The notes beneath the pieces are model-generated. The model searched no databases. It saw nothing but the letters and a program-made list of their open reading frames with translations, and was not told the origin of the DNA. The translations under genes were made by a program, and so were the position numbers. A stretch of DNA of 64,000 bases, taken from contig OY253686.1 in NCBI GenBank assembly GCA_958009085.1, positions 124,001-188,000 of the forward strand. The letters run 5' to 3'. Shown here piece by piece: positions 61,179 to 64,000 of this stretch; the stretch's first letter is position 1; each line of letters begins with the position of its first letter. The stretch is from Protoeuglena noctilucae (lineage: Eukaryota).

Positions 61179-62509
61179 GGCACGCGCGGTGCCCCAGTGC
61201 GTTGCGCACTCTGCGTGTGCGCCCCGGCGCTCGGACTAAGGGGCCGCGCCGACACCAGCGCGTGCCCGGCGGGAGTCTAGTGAGATGGGCGTCGGTTGCA
61301 GAAGCAGATGGTCGCAGAGGCGCTCTGACGGTCCATCTACCGCTGGCACCATCTCCTGACGGTTTTTTTTCGACCTCGCGTCCTTCCGAGGGCCCCTCGC
61401 CGCTCCCTCCGCACATCATGGTCCTGATCATGGTGCATCCCTTTCCCCCCAGTCAACGGATGCTTTGTGTTTGCGTTTTCCGTTTTGCCCCTGACCCTTG
61501 CTTCGCCCGTGGGGCCCCAATGGACCCCATCTGTCGCCAGTGACGTCACTTCATTGTTGAAGGTGAGAGAGTTGGGAATGTGCGTCTGGGAACTATAAAC
61601 CTGGCGCGCATTCCGATGCCGCATGCCACGCATCGGGAGGCGCTCCCAGTATGACCAATTTGCGAAAAAAATAGGGTTGGGCCGCTTTGCTCCCCGAATG
61701 CGTGTCAGGGGACAACATGCGCAGTTTCCGAAGCATCGATGAGCCTGGGGTCCCATTGGCGCATTTAGGAGCCCCATCGAACTCGATTTGTTTCCTTGAG
61801 CAGCGGGCGGCAGCGGCTCCCCGCAAGCCCGGGCTTTGCGGCTCGCATTTTCCGCCCTGGCCTGGCCAGCCCGTTCCCGCTCCCCTGAGAGGGGGAAGGG
61901 GTCCGGGCCGACGCCACCCGGCATAAATTGCAAATCGCTCGTTGGACCGAGCGCTCCTTACTCGATCCAGCACCCCCGGCTGGAACGCGGTTGCGTCTTT
62001 GAGTGCGCTCTGTCCGTCCCCTGCCGGGCGACCGTGCGATGGCATTCATTCGTCTATACAGGTCATTTGGCACGCGCGGCTGCACGTTTGCAGGCCGCTC
62101 GGCGCGGGTTTTGCGAGCGCCCTGGGTGTCTGCCAAGTTGACCCTCCGAGCAAGGGGAATCTGGGGCCTTGTTTGCGTCCTATTGTCGTATACTTGATAT
62201 CTTTTTTCCCCCGGACGCGTGGCTGTTGGCGAAAGGGCGTCCCCACGCCGCAAGGCGCCAATGACCTTCCGCATGCGCGCGGTCCCTGATCGATGTCGAG
62301 CACCGATGTTTCTCCCTTCCCAGCGCATGCATGGCGCCTCATTCACTGACTCGCTTGCGCATGCGCCGGCCGGCGCGTGCGGGGCGCGTCACGCCCACCA
62401 CCTTCTGGCGCATGGCGGCGCTCGTTTGCCGAGCAGCCGCGTCCCTCGCATCCAATTTTACGCCCAATTCCAACTTCAATGTCCCGGAACCTGCTGGACT
62501 GCGACCGAC

Positions 62510-64000
62510 ATGTCTTGCGTCGTAACGCGCAGAGAGGCGGGCGCGCCGAGCTGGGACCTGGAGGCGGTCATGGTGGCGCTGGCCGAGGAGCGTCTCGCGG
62601 CATTCGACGGCGCTGACCTTGGTGAGACGCACGGCGCGGTGCCTCGATCGGCCCCCCAGCCGCGTCGGATCCCGAGCGCTCGAGGAACTTTGCCCGGCTT
62701 CTGCGCTGCAGGCACCCGCCGGCCGTCCCTGCCCTCCCCGGGCACCCCGGACCATCGATGGCAGACATGGAGACATCTCGACTCGGTGGCTGTGTGCAAC
62801 AGCGATCCTGCCGGAGCCCCGGGCGCGAGTCCGTCGTCCCCCGCCCTCCCCCGCAACAACAAGAAAATTCACCCGTTCGACGATCCGGGGGCGCCGCCCG
62901 ACTCGCCACAGGTGAGACTATTTATGTCTAGGTCTGTCCGGGGCGCACCGGGCGGTCGGCACGCCTCGGCGGCGCGAAATGCCCTGCACTCCCGCCTCTG
63001 TGCTTGCAGGGCGCCAGGCCGCGCCGGTGGTCCCTGCACCTGCCCGCCTTCTCTCGCCTGTTCCGGACGCCCAGCGACGCCCTCGTGGTGCCCTCCTCCG
63101 GCGCCGACTCGCCCCGGTCGCCCGCCCAGCGCCGCGCCCCGGCCCTCACCGCCCAGCCCGACGGACTGTGGGACGCCTCCGGCCACGCCGCCCCCCGCCC
63201 GGCCGCGGGCGCGCGGCGCGGCTCCGCCGATGCGTCCGCGTCCTCTATGCGATTCGTGCCCAGCGGCCACAGCTCCCGCACGCTCTTCCACGAGAGTGCG
63301 AGCGACGTGTCGTCCTTCCCTGCTGCCGGCACCTCGCCCCCGGGGCTGTCGTGGGCGGCGGAGGCTCGCCGAGGTGAGAACCTGCTCTCGCTGCGCCGCC
63401 GCCGACGCCCCCGGCTCGCGTTCCCTCTTTGGGAAGTGGATGTGAACCCCACTTGTGTCCATGCCGCCCGCCTGCACACCTGCTGACTACGACCCCTCGC
63501 CCCCTCTCCCGCAGCTGCCCCAGCGACGCGCGAGGGCGTCCGGGCGCTGCAGACGAAGGAGTTGGCGGTGACCGCGCTCCCCTGGGCCCAACCCGACCGC
63601 CACCCTGCCAAGGCGGACAGCAGCAAGACCGACCGCACCGTGGCTAACTCGTCCGGCAGCTCTGCCGGCGAGCCCACGGACCTGGCGGCGGCCAAGAGCC
63701 CGAGCGCGTTCGAGGACGCGGGGATGTTCGAGGTCGCGCGGGTACCTCAGGAGCCCCGGACCAGCGACGGCAGCGCGTCGAGCCACGGCGGGGGCGGCGG
63801 GGCGAGGCGCCTGGCCCGCCACAGCTCCCACGAGGCGCTGAGCGACGCCTCGAGCCTGCTCAGCTCGCGGTCCTCCAGCGACGACGACACCGCGCCCGTC
63901 GCAGCTGCCGCGAGCGCCACGGGGCGCCGGGCGGCGGCCACGCGCGTCCGGGGCGGCCCGCCCAGGCACTCCGGCGACGGCAGCGACGGCGGCGGCGCCG
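62510..64000 (+). CDS. Unknown spliced gene, Ser/Ala-rich, runs off window
   Basis: ATG at 62510, GT-AG junctions (62911/63009, 63373/63514), coding-like GC3. Confidence 0.45.

Overview
Eukaryotic, very GC-rich, intron-rich nuclear DNA; chloroplast-type PGK and a PHT4 transporter point to a green alga (inference). Bases 1-28.7 kb are a mobile-element island. It holds an L1/Tx1-like LINE with an archaeal-type RNase H, then a ~16 kb AT-richer, intronless, endogenous Polinton-like virus (PLV). The PLV encodes a packaging ATPase (truncated), minor and major capsid proteins, a lipase, a fibre, Tlr6F, a pPolB-SF1 helicase-HNH fusion and an rve integrase, and it carries its own repeated promoter and hairpin motifs. 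Next come a second L1/Tx1-like LINE and an inverted pair of tRNA-Leu genes with retroposon insertions just upstream of both. From 28.7 kb to the end are spliced host genes: a decayed GIY-YIG/Myb-like gene, PHT4, pseudouridine kinase, PGK, an LSD1/LDL3-like amine oxidase, a GT2-like protein, a NudC-PHPT1 fusion, a KCR-like SDR, ATE1, a Med22-like gene and an unknown gene. All calls rest on motif recognition by eye; no database searches were run, and spliced-gene coordinates are outer spans.
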